Source of the DNA: Takakia lepidozioides
Lineage: Eukaryota; Plantae; Bryophyta
Assembly (NCBI GenBank): GCA_030704615.1
Contig: CM060734.1
Span: 23,622,001 to 23,686,000, forward strand
Reading direction: 5' to 3'
DNA: 64,000 nucleotides
The position numbers were made by a program, and so were the translations under genes. Numbering within the stretch: position 1 is the stretch's first letter; every line of letters starts with the position of its first letter. Under the pieces are notes generated by a model that saw nothing but the letters and a program-made list of their open reading frames with translations, was not told the DNA's origin and ran no database searches. This document shows positions 10,271 to 23,415 of this stretch, in pieces.

Positions 10271-13200
10271 ATGAGTGATGAAAGAGAAGCTAGACTCCAG
10301 AGATATTCAGCAAAAAGGGAAAGTTATCTGAAAGCTAATTATCCATATCTTTGGGAGAGAGGAATAGACATAGGGGAATCATCTGGACCTCTCATACCGT
10401 TAAGATCAAAGAGTACATCACCCATACCGGAAGAACTAGAGTTGGATGCTACTCCTTCTTATTCTTTGCAAGAAAGATTAAGGGAATTGGTACAGGAAGA
10501 AGATCAACCATGAGGTGAAAGATCTGAGGTACATCCCTGGATAAAAGATTTGACATAAATCTTTGATAAGAGTTGGCATGGAACACCAAAAGTAGGAACT
10601 CCAGTTTCTGAAACGGAAGACGAAGAAGGAGGAGAGGATGTGGCAGAGCCAACCGAGAGTTCAGACTCTCCAACACCATTGCAATTGAGTTACATGAGTG
10701 AAGAAGAAGAAACCCAAGGGCAGAACTTGGAAGATAAAAACAGAGAGAAGAAATTGGAAGATGAAGAGTATGAAGAAGTAGACCAAACAGTTGAGGTTGA
10801 GACTACAACCAGGACATCCCAACCTGTTGGACCTGGATCAAGTGGAGCACTTGGATCACAGGCAGGGTGTCGGCTCAGGGGGATCAAGCGGGCAGCCTGG
10901 ATCTGGCTCTGGGGGGACAGGGAGTATGGGAAGTAGTGCAACTGGAGCTGGGAATATTGTGAATATAGTGGGGCCAGTAGCAGGGAGTGCTCAGGGGCCA
11001 ACACTTGGTGGAAGTTCCACCACAACTACAACAGGTCCTCAAGGACCAGCACCAGCAGGGGGGCCAGCACCTGTCAGTGGGCAGGGGGTAGGGCCACAGA
11101 TGGCGTTACAACCAACACGGGCAAAACCACATTTTCCAATATATGCAGGAAAAGGGGATCCTGATGTACACATCAGCCAATTTGAGCACATGTGTATTGT
11201 GAACAATGAGACTGGCGATGATGCCAAAATGAGACTGTTTCCTTGTTCACTTATAAAGAAAGCAAGTGAATGGTATGCAAGATTCCCTGATAATCATTTC
11301 CTAACCTGGAATGGCTTAAGTATTCCAAAATAGGTTCAGGACAAGTAAAACTTAGGATGAAGTGTATGGAAGTTTACAACAGTTAAAACAAAAGAAGCAT
11401 GAAACTGTTGAAGAGTACATGGAAAAGATGGAATTGATGATGAAAAAGTTGGCTGCTGTACCAGCACCAGGATTACAAAAGACTTAGTTTGTGAGTGGAC
11501 TAAGACCGGAGTTGCAAAAGAAAGTGGATATGCTACCCCATAATACGGTGGAGGATGCATTTGAAACAGCTAACAAAATTGAGCAATTGGGAATGCTCAG
11601 GAGAGAGAAAAGGGATGATGAGACTTTGAGGATGAGTCAGATGAGGAAGAAGAGCGAGAGCTCAAGAGGAAGAGTAAGAGGAAGGAAAAGTTGAAGAGGG
11701 ATAACTATGAGAAAAGATTAGAAGAAATCTTGAAGAAGTATGCCACAGAGGCTGCAACACATTGGAGGAAGGGTGTTTGGTGTGCAAAATGCCAGAATGA
11801 AGGCCATACCACCACTGAATGCCACATGAAGGAGAAACACTAAACTATCTGTAAAATGGATAACCATTCTACTGAGAATTGTTATTACAATAGAAGGGCA
11901 GCTGCAAGAGAACCTAGGCAAGTAAGGGTGCATCAAGTGCAGCCCCAGCCAAGAAGAAACAGTGATCAGGACCACTATGGTAGGCCTGGTGGTTATAACA
12001 ATGGTATGGAAGGGAGAGGTAATCCAAGAGGGAATTATCAAGGAAATCCCAGAGGCAACTATCAGGGTAATCCAAGGGGGAATTACTAGCCAGGGAATCA
12101 GGATTATAGAAATAATCCCAGAGCAGACCAAGGACGAGGACCCAATGGTGAAGAACTGTGTTACTATTGTAATCAGGCAGGACATCGCAAGGCAGCCTGT
12201 TCATTCTGGATTAGACACTAGAATGAGATGAGAGCTCCTGTGAATGAGGGCCCAATGGTGGGAGCTCACATAGTTAGGCCATGTGTTATACCAGAAGTAA
12301 GTACAATGATAGTAACCAGAAGCAAAGCTAAATTAATACCTCCAGTAGATGAGGAAGATGATGATATTGAAGATGGCAGTGATGTGCCTAAGGATGATGA
12401 GGCTTGGAGAGATGAGAAGGAACTGCACAAGGAAGTGGCAGATACCATAAGGGAAATACAGAAGAATACTGATATCCCTATGGCAGATTCCTCTGATTCT
12501 GGAAGAGAAGATGAAGAGAGTGAGGATGAAGGAAAGAAAGAAGTTGCAGAAGTGCAGAGTAATGAAGGGACTTTGGCTGAAGTAATATGCCAGTCCAAGG
12601 CAAAGATTACCATTGGACAGTTATTGGATGTGGCACCTCATTGTAGGCACAGGCTGTATCAAGCAATCAATCAGGTTGCCCATGAGACAGAGAACACAGG
12701 CATGAATAGCAAGGTGACCAGTTATAATGTGAAGCCGGAAGGGCGAGAAACAGTCATGGACTTTAATGATTCTATGCCAGTAATCCAATTGAGAATTGGA
12801 AGCACAGATCTGACTAATGTACTGATAGATGGAGGCTCTGGAGTGAATATCATAACAGACCAATTAAGGCAGACTTGGTCTAAGTAACATGAAACCAGCC
12901 CCATTCACAGTAACAATGGCAGATCAAAGAAGTGTTCAGCCATTAGGTTTGATAAGATGAGTTAAGATATAGATTCAAAAGATGATCTTTAAGATCACAG
13001 TGACTGTGTTGAAAATGGATAATGTCATGGAAGCTTACTCCTTATTGATGGGTCGACCATGGCTGAAACAGGCCAGAGTATTCCATGACTGGAATTCCCA
13101 GTTACTAACTGTGCATGATGGGAAACACAAGATACAAATCACCACAAAGAAATCTAGTAGACTACCTGCTACGAGAAGACCTCGGGGAGTCAGAGAGTAT

Positions 13201-13700
13201 GACTGGAGGAGAGGACTTGATGAGGAGCAGGAAGCTACCCTATTCACTGCACACCCAGAGTGGGAGCAGGTTGCAGAAATGCAACTAGAGGGCCTAAGTT
13301 GTTTAAAAGGTATCTGATGTGGTGTAGTGACAGCAACACCAATTAAGGGTGAAACAAGCAGTTACCCACCACATTTCTATGAAGAAAAAGAGGGAGAAAT
13401 GGAAATACTAGAAGAACCAGCCACTGTGAGTTTACAGGATGAAGTAGTGACTGGTTGGACAATCACAGCTGATGAGCAGGTGAGAGAAGTGAATGTGGGA
13501 ACTGAGGAGGAACCGAGAATGGTGAAAGTAGGGGCTGACTTGGAGCCAGAATTCTTTGAGGAAGTTAAGAGTCAGTTCATCAAATACAGAGATGTTTTGC
13601 TTGGAGCTATGAGGATCTGAAAGGGATACCACCTGAGATCTGTCAGCATAAGATTGAACTGGAACCAAGGTCAGTACCAATCAAGTAGGCGAGGTACAGA
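10271..13700 (+). pseudogene. gag: gag and aspartic protease, disrupted
   Basis: FPIYAGKGDPDVHI…LFPCSL…A.EWY retrotransposon-gag motif; zinc knuckles (CAKCQNEGHTTTEC, CYYCNQAGHRKAAC); protease VLIDGGSGVN at ~12820. Multiple stops and frameshifts. Confidence 0.9.
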
Positions 13701-16286
13701 ATGAATCCCAACTATGCACAGAAGGTTGGGGAAGAGATCAAGAAGTTGGCTGAGGCTAAGTTTATATACCCGATAGAGTATACAACTTGGTTGTCACCCA
13801 TTGTGATAGTTCCCAAGAAGAATGGTAAACTGAGAGTTTGTGTGAACTATAAGAAGTTGAATGCTTGTACAAAGAAAGATCATTTTCCTTTGCCATTCAC
13901 AGAAGCGGTATTGGACACTGTGGCAGGCCATGAGATGTACTCATTCATGGATGGCGTCAGTGGTTATAATCAAGTGCAAATGGCAGAAGAAGACCAGGGA
14001 AAGACAGCTTTCATCATAGACTGGGGTGCTTATGCATACAAAGTCATGCCTTTTGGACTTTGTAATGCATCCACAACCTTTCAGAGAGTGATAAGTGAAT
14101 CTTTCCATGAGTATCTGGATGATTTCATGCAGGTGTTCTTAGATGATTTCAGTGTGTACAGCTCTAAGAGTGAGCACTTGCATAAATTGGAGTTATGTTT
14201 GGCCAGATGCAGGATGAGAGGTCTGGGCCCGAATCCAGAGAAGTGTACTTTCTGTGTGAATTCACGGGTACTTTTGGGACGCATTGTGTGTAAGAGGGGA
14301 CTTCTTGTGGATCCCAAAAAGACAGAGGCCACTAAAGCCTCTCCACCACCAGTAAATGTTAAGAGTCTAAGGAGATTCCTTGGACAAACCAGTTATTACA
14401 GAAGATTTGTCAGACGGTATGCACAGATAGCAGCACCATTGAGCAAGCTTTTGAAGAAAGATGCAGTGTTTGCATGGACAGCTGAATGTCAACAGGCTTT
14501 TGAGGAACTTACATTGTCAGTAACAACTACACCTGTGCTGATTAACCCCCACTGGCATGTAGTGTTTCATGTTCACTGTGACGCCTCAGGAGAAGCATTG
14601 AGAGCAGTATTAGCCCAAAATGTTACAGGAAACATAGATTCACTTGTGTATTATGCTAGCAGGTTGATGAACAGTGCTGAGAGGAACTATAGCACAACTG
14701 AAAAAGAAGCATTGGCAATGAATTATGTAGTCAAGAAATTCAGGCATTACCTATTGGGAAGAAAGTTTATGTTTTATGTGGATCATCAGGCTCTGATTTA
14801 TCTAGTGAACAAGCCTTTGATAAGTGGAAGGATAGCAAGGTGGTTAATAATCTTGCACGAGTTTGAGTTCGAAGTTGTTTACAAGCCTGGCCGTTTGCAT
14901 CTTGTGGCAGATCACTTGTCACGCCTATCAACAGGAGAGCCCGCCACAGGAGTAGACGACCAACTGCCTGATGCGAGTTTATTAGCAGTGGAGGTGCAGG
15001 GAAGTGCAGATGATTGGTTAGATTGGCAGTGGCCAATCAGATACTACCTTACTCATGGTCAGTGCCCACCTAGTTATGGGAAGGAGCAGAGGAAGAGAAT
15101 AGCTATCAAGGCTTTACCTTACACTATGATAGGGGGCAGAATGTATAAGCTAGGACCTGATGGAGTACTTAAACGATGCTTGTACCACCATGAAGTAAAT
15201 AAAGTTTTGGAGGAAGTTCATAAAGGAGTGGCTGGAGGTCATTTTGGAGGAGAGACTACCAGTAGAAAGATACTACTTGCAGGTTACTGGTGGCCTACTT
15301 TGTTCAAGGATGTACACAAGTATTGTACGAGTTGCGATGAGTGTCAGAGGCTAGGACCATTGCAGAGATCTGGGAAGATGGCTTTGCATTCTACGATGCC
15401 TACTGAACCATTTCAGAAATGGGGACTAGATTTTGTTGGACCAATTAACCCACCAGCCAGAAATACACATAACAAGTTTATAATCACAGCCACTGATTAT
15501 ACTACAAAGTGGGTGGAAGCTAAAGCTCTGATGGACAACACAGCTAAGTCCACAGCAAGGTTCCTGTATGAGAACATACTTACAAGATTTGGCTGTCCCC
15601 TGGAATTTATCAGTGACCAGGGAAGTCACTTCATTAATGAGACCATAGAACTATTGACTAAAGAGTTCATGATTGTGCATATGAAGAGTACAACCTATTA
15701 CCCACAGGGTAATGGGCAGGCAGAAGCCACCAACAAAATACTATGTACTATATTGGCTAAGATAGTCAATGCGAACAGAACAGATTGGGATACAAAGCTG
15801 CTGACAGCTTTGTGGTCATACAGGACTTCATTTAAAGTCATCACTAAGTATACACCATTCCAATTGGTTTATGGTATGGAAGCTTTACTTCCAGTGGAAT
15901 TCTTGTTACCTACCATGAGAACTGAATGGGGAAGGAGAATGGAATTGGAATATTCAATTAAGGTTAGGAAACGTGAATTATACCATGTGGAAGAAGTACG
16001 TGCTGATGCAGCGGATAACATGATCAGAATTCAGATGAAGATGAAGGATCAGTTCGATGAAGGTAAATTAAAGACTTTTAAGACGGGAGATTTGGTACTG
16101 TGGTTGCAGAAGAAGGGGAAGATTAAAGCTTCTAAGCTTAAATCACCATGGAAAGGACCTTATGTCATACAAAAGATGTATGATAATAACACCGCCATGT
16201 TACAAACCATTAACAAAGAAATGCTGGGAAGAGTCAATGCCAATAAGTTGAAGGGATACAGTGGTATCCATGACAAACCATTGTAG
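13701..16286 (+). CDS. pol: pol: reverse transcriptase, RNase H, integrase
   Basis: SPIVIVPKKNG, MPFGL and FLDD (RT); CDAS…NYSTTEKE…VDH (RH); HHCC, GLDFVGP, SDQG, PQGNGQAE and WKGPY (INT). Confidence 0.97.
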   Translation: MNPNYAQKVGEEIKKLAEAKFIYPIEYTTWLSPIVIVPKKNGKLRVCVNYKKLNACTKKDHFPLPFTEAVLDTVAGHEMYSFMDGVSGYNQVQMAEEDQGKTAFIIDWGAYAYKVMPFGLCNASTTFQRVISESFHEYLDDFMQVFLDDFSVYSSKSEHLHKLELCLARCRMRGLGPNPEKCTFCVNSRVLLGRIVCKRGLLVDPKKTEATKASPPPVNVKSLRRFLGQTSYYRRFVRRYAQIAAPLSKLLKKDAVFAWTAECQQAFEELTLSVTTTPVLINPHWHVVFHVHCDASGEALRAVLAQNVTGNIDSLVYYASRLMNSAERNYSTTEKEALAMNYVVKKFRHYLLGRKFMFYVDHQALIYLVNKPLISGRIARWLIILHEFEFEVVYKPGRLHLVADHLSRLSTGEPATGVDDQLPDASLLAVEVQGSADDWLDWQWPIRYYLTHGQCPPSYGKEQRKRIAIKALPYTMIGGRMYKLGPDGVLKRCLYHHEVNKVLEEVHKGVAGGHFGGETTSRKILLAGYWWPTLFKDVHKYCTSCDECQRLGPLQRSGKMALHSTMPTEPFQKWGLDFVGPINPPARNTHNKFIITATDYTTKWVEAKALMDNTAKSTARFLYENILTRFGCPLEFISDQGSHFINETIELLTKEFMIVHMKSTTYYPQGNGQAEATNKILCTILAKIVNANRTDWDTKLLTALWSYRTSFKVITKYTPFQLVYGMEALLPVEFLLPTMRTEWGRRMELEYSIKVRKRELYHVEEVRADAADNMIRIQMKMKDQFDEGKLKTFKTGDLVLWLQKKGKIKASKLKSPWKGPYVIQKMYDNNTAMLQTINKEMLGRVNANKLKGYSGIHDKPL

Positions 16287-16888
16287 CACGATTTGCATGT
16301 TGAAACACAAAAACAGTCACGGGCTGCGCCAGTAATACCAACGGAGTATGGAGCAATTGTCATTAAGCCGAGCGTGTATGGCCAAGGCGGGAAGTACAGG
16401 TGTTTGCATAGCTATCACAGCCCATCACAGAGTGACACAGTTTATCACAGCCCACCACGGTGCCACACAACCTATCACAGCCCACCACAGTGTCACACAG
16501 CCCATCACAATTCACCACAATCTGACACAGCCTGTCACAGCCCAACACAGCCCACGCGGGTTGCACAGTCCATAGGATCAGTGACAGGTGGTCGCGGGTT
16601 AACGTCAGAGAAGTGGCCGCCAAGTGAAAGAACAGCTTGGAAGTCAAACACAAAGAATGTGCTACGCGGACAGAGGAAGAAGGAAGCATGTTTAAAAACG
16701 AACACGTGGCCACTAGAGCGAAGCACACCGCGGTGCATATATTGCAAAAGTGGGTGTCATCATGTAAGAGGACAAACTGGGCCGTCAAAGTACCTATCCA
16801 GTACATCAACCAAAACTATTTGTGGACCCATTAATGCATTCAGGACAAAGGTAACGGAACTCTTTACGAGTACAGAAAAGGGGGCCAC

Positions 16889-19800
16889 ATGGGCTATCCT
16901 AATGGACATTCCAGGGGGGGATGTCCACTGAATGGAGTAAAATTAAGGAGTTACCCAAGGAGGCAACAGCCAATCACGAACGAGAATTTCATGCCGGTGG
17001 TTTCCTCCAAGAAACAAGAACAAGAAATTAGGGGAGTTATGAGCACAAGAGTCGGGGTGGCTCCGAATAGCCAGTGTCTCGACGGGAGGGGCAATCAAAG
17101 CTATAGCTTTGTAGCTATGGCGGATATTACAGATTACACGCTCGCTTTACTTCTCACGCAGTGGTGCAAGGACGGACGGGTTGAGAGTACATTCTCTCTC
17201 ACTCGATACTTGCAAGCCCCACAGGCCTTCTTGTTGAGGGGAATGGAGGATATCAAGGTGAAGAGCACCACGATCCTGCAGAAGCAAACAATTGCTACAC
17301 CACAGGCAGTGCAGCTGCTGAGGGAGTTGCGATTGGAAGGGCTGCTACGTAAGGATTGGTCCTTGCATCATCGGAAGTATATGATACAATTCATTCAGAA
17401 CTTTGACCCTAAGACAGGAGTTACCCAAGTGAGGGGAGTAGATATAGAGATTACTCCCCAATACTTGCAGCAATTGTTTGAATTGCCATCAGGCCATGTG
17501 AATGTGGATGAGCACAGGGCAAGATTGCAGATAGGCAATTTGTTCCAAGAAGGGAGTTTCTTTAAGACTCAGGGATACACTTGCACCAAGGCCGAGTACC
17601 CAGGGTTAAGAGAAGTTGGTCAGGTTTTGAACGTTCTGTTTGCCATGAAACAGAACCAACAATACCTTAGCAGATCATTCACGGAGGAGCTACTAAAAGC
17701 CTTGAGGGGGGAAGATGTGGCTTGGGCGGACTTAATGTACAATGGGTTGGTGGAAGAGATGAAGCGGTTACACGACACTATTGCTAAGTCTCCAATCATT
17801 GTGTCTGGCCTAGTGATTGCGCAAATTATTCTTGATTCTTATATACTTGATGCGCGAGAACGTAAGGAGATGAGAGTGTTTGAGGCAGCAACCACTGCAA
17901 TGGAGGAGCAGGGCTCTTCACATGGTGAAGGTGGACTGAAGGGGCAACACCAGTCTAAGAGACAGAAGCGGAATATGACTGTAGTGGCAGATCCACTAGC
18001 TTCAAGAAAACTGCAAGATGATGTTTCCATAGCTCTTGTGCAGGATGGGGCACAGCAACACAGATGGCTGTTATTACTGGAAGCACGACCTTTGGAGAGG
18101 GAAGAAGAAGTCACTTCGGTACCACAGCCATCACAGCCAGTTGACTCGGTTGTCTCAGAGGTTCCTCAGTTAGAACATGTTGTTGCACCAGAGCCTATTG
18201 CTCTGGAAGGAGAAGGGTTGGACATTCCCACTACAGAGCAGGTCGTGGCAGAAATTGAGAAGGGTGAACCTTCTCTATGAAAACTCTGGCTTGGTCAGGG
18301 AATCAATGGTACCAGAGGTGCAGAGTCTGTCCAGGGAAATCCCTGCTGAGCATGTAATACCCAAACCTGTGACGGAGGTGCCAGGGGTAGAATGTAAGGA
18401 CACTGCAGCACCGGTGGAGAATGAGGTTCTTCAGGAAGAAGATCTTGTGGGAACATGGCCTGAATGGTTGGTGAGACATCACACTGTGGAGGATCAGGGA
18501 GAACAGCAGCAAGTTCACCATGAAGACCCACAGCAGGCCATGCTTATGAGTTCCATAAGTAGGACACTCAATTTGTTGGGCACTTATGTGAAATCCCATG
18601 TTCCATTTACACAATTAGCAGCTTTGAGGGAGGAACTCAAGCAGGAGTTTGAGGCAAGAATTGCCACCGAGTGTGCAAACAAGGTGGATGTGGAGGCCAG
18701 CCTCAAGTTGCATAAAGAATTGGAGGACACAAAGGCTGCCTTGCAGTTGGCTAAGGGGAATTTGATTGAAGTAGGTCTCGAGCAGGAGAAGTTGCATAAA
18801 GCACATAAGCAATAGCTATACCAATTGCAGGTGAAGCATGAAGGCAAGTTGCAGGAAGTGAATGTGCTACATACAGAGTTGGATGCAGTTCATCAGAGAA
18901 TGACCATCCAATGTGCCACACTAACAACTGCTCTGGACCAAACTGCATTAGAAGTTAACAGACAAGCAGAGAGGTGTATGATGGCAGAGGCTGAGACAGT
19001 CGAGCAAGGGAAACTCATTGCTGATTTGCAGGCTACTATCAGTCGCAATGAGGATACTTTCAAACAGTACAGTCAGGTTGACGCTGAGAAGGAAAGGTAC
19101 ATTGTAACGTTGCAGCAAACACTCACGACCCACAAGAATGAACTCTCTGTGGCTAACAAGGCTCGGAAGGAAGCCAATAATCTGGCTGCTGCCTATGCGG
19201 CCCTAGTTGAACCTCATGCAAAGCGCATGGAGGCTTTACAGCAGCAGGTAGATGTGTACAGACTCAAGGAGGAGCAGATTGTCATGGGTGCCACACATGA
19301 CTTGTGGATAATCACCTTATGCAAGTGTGGTTAGCACAAGGGCCGGTAGAAGGCAAAGCACCAAGGAAGCTCACCCAGGGAGAGATGAATGATCTCAGAT
19401 TGCAGGTGCAGAACATTGCCACAACTACTATAGACAATGTCTATAGTAGGATAGCGGAGTTACAAGATGATGTGGAAGGCCTGTAGACTCAAGTGGATGA
19501 CCTGAGTTCAAATATTGACAAGAGAGTCTTTGTTCCTGAGGAGCAGCTGGTGGCTACTTATTTGCATGCCAGGACTCTGATTTTTCAGTCTTCTTCGCAG
19601 GAGGTGCAGGAGTTGCCAGTGGTAGAAGGGCCAGTGGTGGCAATGTCACAACTTCCACAGCAGGTGGCTATGCAGGTGACTGACCCTGTTGATACTATGG
19701 CAAAGTCACAGCCTGAGGTTTGGAGGGATGCTACTTTTCACCCACCTAGGACTCCTGCTGCACTGGAGTACAATCGGGCAATGATTATGCCCTTCAACCA

Positions 19801-20604
19801 AATTCCCATTGTAATGGATTTGGCTTGGAAGGAATTTAGTCCTCCGCAGTCATTGGCACATTATTACCAGATCATGCGCATTTGGTTGCCAGTGGCAACT
19901 CGGACTAAGGTTCTTCCGAACAATCGACCCATTAAGATCATCACTTTGCAAGGTACTGGTCTGAGGCAAGCACCATGCTGAAGGAATTAATTGTCTTCCA
20001 GGTTGTACATGGGTACATCTATACCAAGACCAAGGAGGTATCTAGTATTGTCATGGGCTGTGGATTATACTATGCTACTTGTTTCATGGCACGTTATCAC
20101 ATTGAGCAGCAGAAGATGCAATCACGATTTTTGAGTTATTCCAGTGGGGATCATTGGGTCTTACCTTCAGTGCCACCTCATACGTATCTGTATGATGCGA
20201 AAGTCATGATGCAGAAGGATTCCCAACTTCGTTCATGGTTTAATTTGGCTTGGAACAACTTGGCAACAGAGAAATTGGGCCCTGATGATATTTTCTATAA
20301 GGGATTTGAAGCCTGGAAATACTTATACTGTTCCAAAGTCATTGGCACACCTCTCACTTATACGGCTAAGGAGTTCAGGGAGTTCACTCATTTTGCTTGC
20401 AAGCGTTTACAACAGGTACTACAGTTTAAGCTTCCCGACATGGTGGGCCAACACTGTATGCCACGCAGGATTCCTGAGGAGCAACTTAAAGTTCGGCCAC
20501 TGAAACACCTCAGGGGGGGAGATGATTCTGATACTACTGGTTCAGTGGAGGGTGATTTTGACATGGCGGAGGAGTATGAATTAGCGATGGCGGACAAAAG
20601 ATGA
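16889..20604 (+). pseudogene. Large accessory ORF between pol and the 3' LTR (Athila-ORF-like N-terminal domain, coiled coil, aromatic C-terminal domain), broken into five or more frames
   Basis: Consecutive sense ORFs at 16889, 18177, 18825, 19304, 19493 and 19975, collinear with 50485-54363. FIQNF…VRGVDIEITP…LFELP resembles plant retrotransposon accessory proteins. Confidence 0.7.
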
Positions 20605-20811
20605 CAAGGATCTCCTATACCACAGCATCTACCTTTTTTTGAAGCTAACATAGGGTTGGCTGTTCCAGCTAGTCGTCACTCATCTCCATCAGCCAATGTC
20701 AGGGCTTGAGCTCGCACACGGAGTCATTCACGAGACTCTCGCCGTCAGAAGGGTGCTCGCTCACAAAGGTTTGCTGATCCTAAACAGTAAAGCGTGAGGA
20801 CACGGCTTTTT

Positions 20812-20826
20812 GAGAGGGGGAGGGGT
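20812..20826 (+). other. Polypurine tract of copy 1
   Basis: GAGAGGGGGAGGGG immediately before the LTR TG; the same tract is at ~54385-54398. Confidence 0.9.
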
Positions 20827-20828
20827 AA

Positions 20829-21772
20829 TGTTAGAGGGCTGTTTGGGACTTAGACGCTTTTACGGGTTCTGTGGGGTACCCTTAATTTTTGCGTAGACTT
20901 ACCGATGGTGGACTAAGACCAACATAAGCCTTAGGGGTGACAGGCGCAGGCTTTAGGGGGGGTAGACAGCCCGTCATAGCCTCACACAGTCAGTCACAGC
21001 CCGTCACAATCTATCACAGCCAACACAGTCTGACACATCCCGACGCAGCTTTACAGCCAGTCACAGCCCGACACAGTTTTACACAGCCAGTCACAGCTCG
21101 GCACAGTCACAGCTCGACACAGCTCGACACAGATTGGCACAGCCCGTCACAGCGTACATAGGGAACGGTTATCATTGACAGGGAACGACTGTGTGGGAAC
21201 GACATCTGCAGAGGGAACGTGTTACTTCAGGGGTGACAGTTAGTTAGTTAGGTGGTTAGAACAGCTTGCGGGTAGATTAGGCAGGGCGGCAACAGGACTT
21301 CTTGGGGGGAGCGCGACTTGGTCTGGGGAAGATGAGACAAAACGGGGAGCGGAAATAGTGAAGGGGAGAAGAGGACTTGATTGAGGCTTAATTCATGCAA
21401 GCTATAGATCATACAGTAGGGTAGATTAGGGACACCATGGCATTGGCCTGATACCTGATTAATCTTAATCTGATACTTATTCAATACAATCACATTGTGT
21501 AGAGAGACATGAGAGAAGCTGTGGAATGAATGATTGATTGATTGGAACTTGATAGGTACTGAAGCAATCTGATGCTTCAGTATACACAGTAAGGTAATTG
21601 GCTAATATGAAGGCAAGAAGAAATACAAATAGGAAGCACAACCATGATTCACTAGCTGTAGGTCATGACTGATTGTTCTGAGCGGGCTGAGTGTTTAGAG
21701 ATATCCAACTCTTCTATCTTGGAGTTTCCGCCTCGGATAGCGAAGGGATGGGTGGGTAAAAGCCGCTCGACA
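20829..21772 (+). repeat. 3' LTR of copy 1 (944 bp) containing CACAGCC-type short repeats
   Basis: TGTTAGAG…CTCGACA; homologous to 54402-55418. Confidence 0.95.
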
Positions 21773-22595
21773 GTTGCCTTAGGATAAATGATACCATGGC
21801 AACTTACTGACCAGTTGGAATGAACAATTCAGACCCTGTGTGTTTTCTATAAATGGGTTGATGGCCTGTAAATTTGATCACAACCTATTATGGTAATGAT
21901 ATCACTGCCCCAGACCTTGAACCTGGTCTTGGGGCTGATAACATGATGTGGGAGCACCACCGATGCGCTTACACACCTGCCCCAGATCTGAACCAGATCA
22001 TAGGGCAAGAAGCATGGTGTCAGGAACTGACTTGATGTTTATTTTAGGGCAGACTGGTTCTATATGATCATGAATGGCTTTCCTAAGCTGAACAGATATT
22101 TCTTGCTATGAAAAGTGGTCAATGGTTCCTTATTTGGACATGGACACTTGCTGATCAATCACCCTGATATGGCATTATACAAAGAACCCAAACCTGAACT
22201 AGGTTATGGGCCAAAAAAGTATAGTGGATCTGGTTAAGACACAGTGTGTAAGATTCCAATATAAACAGGTTGTAGCATTGAAGTGGTGATGATGATAAAC
22301 AAAGGAAAACTGGAATCTAGCTTCCAGACCCTCTTTTCAATCATATGTGGCACAGTTAAGCAACTTGAAACAATATTTTCTTGCTATGTGCAGTGGTAAA
22401 TGGATATCTATATGTTCCCACCCCCCCCCACCCAGGGATTTCATGGACTTTGAAGTCTGGGATTTGTCGTAAAGCTGACTTGTGAATGAAGAATGGTTGA
22501 TAATGCCTTGTTATGAGGCTGATTTGTCATTAATTTTACAATGACCTTGTCAGGTCTTTGTCCATGTCTCGACAAGACATAAGTATCTTCCCTCC
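21773..22595 (+). repeat. Fragment of the unclassified ~2.9-kb repeat unit (variant B)
   Basis: Reverse complement of ~34860-35680; its first ~300 bp recur inverted at 23416-23709. Confidence 0.85.
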
Positions 22596-23415
22596 CTCTC
22601 CCTCTCCCTCTCTCTTTTTAACTTTTTCTGCAGAGGGGTGAACTCCGAGGTTAAGAAAACCATGCTTTGTCGCATTATTAGACCCTTGGAGTACGGATCT
22701 GCAATATGGGTTGATAAATCTGACTTAGAGGCTGTAGTGTTCAAAGCCATGTCTGTTGCCATGAGATTGTCTGATGAAAATGAAGTTAGGCAAAAAACTT
22801 CCATGAACTTGTTTCTAGTCAGTGACATGGGGGAGGACATCTTGGATGACCTCAAGGGTCTACCCACTCTTGGCACTAGACTGAAATTTAAACTCAGGGC
22901 AGGAAGCCTACCTTTGAACAACAAACAGAAGCAGAGAGGAAAGGGAGAGTGCAATTGCCCGTTGTGTGGGCAATCTGAAGACAGTACTCATTTTCTGATA
23001 CACTGTCCGGGGTTCTCTCACCAAAGAGACGCTCTCTTCAAATCTATAAAGGGAATTGTGCCTGTACCTCTGTTTACCAACTTTGAAAGTCTCAAGGCTG
23101 AGCCAAAAGCCCTCCTGAGGCCTAGTTATTGGGCAAATCACACACAACAGATTGATGCTTGTGTGAAGGGATTTCTAGAGGATATCTGGAAAACCCGGAT
23201 TAATTCTATATATGAAGGTAAGTCTTACTACCAACGTCAGCCCCTGACAGAGGCAGCTTCTGTCCCTTTTGTTTCCGCTCAAACTGGGCGCGGGGTCAAT
23301 GGCCACAAGGCTACGACAAACAACGTCTTATGAGTACAACCTTTTTTACTTTTTCTGCACCCTTTCTCCCTTGTGGTTTGTTTATTTTTGTGAGCAGCAA
23401 AAAAAAGAGGGAGAG
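22596..23415 (+). mobile_element. 5'-truncated, internally deleted non-LTR retrotransposon (LINE) 3' end
   Basis: ORF 22638-23333 has IIRPLEYGSAIW (post-RT thumb motif) and the C-terminal knuckle CPLCGQSEDSTHFLIHC. An A9 run plus GA-rich tail lies at 23399-23417. Confidence 0.8.

Larger units (their letters stand above)
9208..21772 (+). mobile_element. Ty3/Gypsy non-chromovirus (Phygy-like) LTR retrotransposon, copy 1; 5' LTR truncated by element A
   Basis: LTR remnant 9208-9662 matches the 3' LTR 20829-21772 (TG…CA; ~15 mismatches in ~455 bp by eye). PBS, gag, PR, RT, RH, INT and PPT occur in Gypsy order. Confidence 0.95.

Noticed and set aside
16620-16970. Second degenerate integrase C-terminal module (…NGVKLRSY)
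   Set aside because: The resemblance is limited to a few residues across different frames; not supportable without a profile search.
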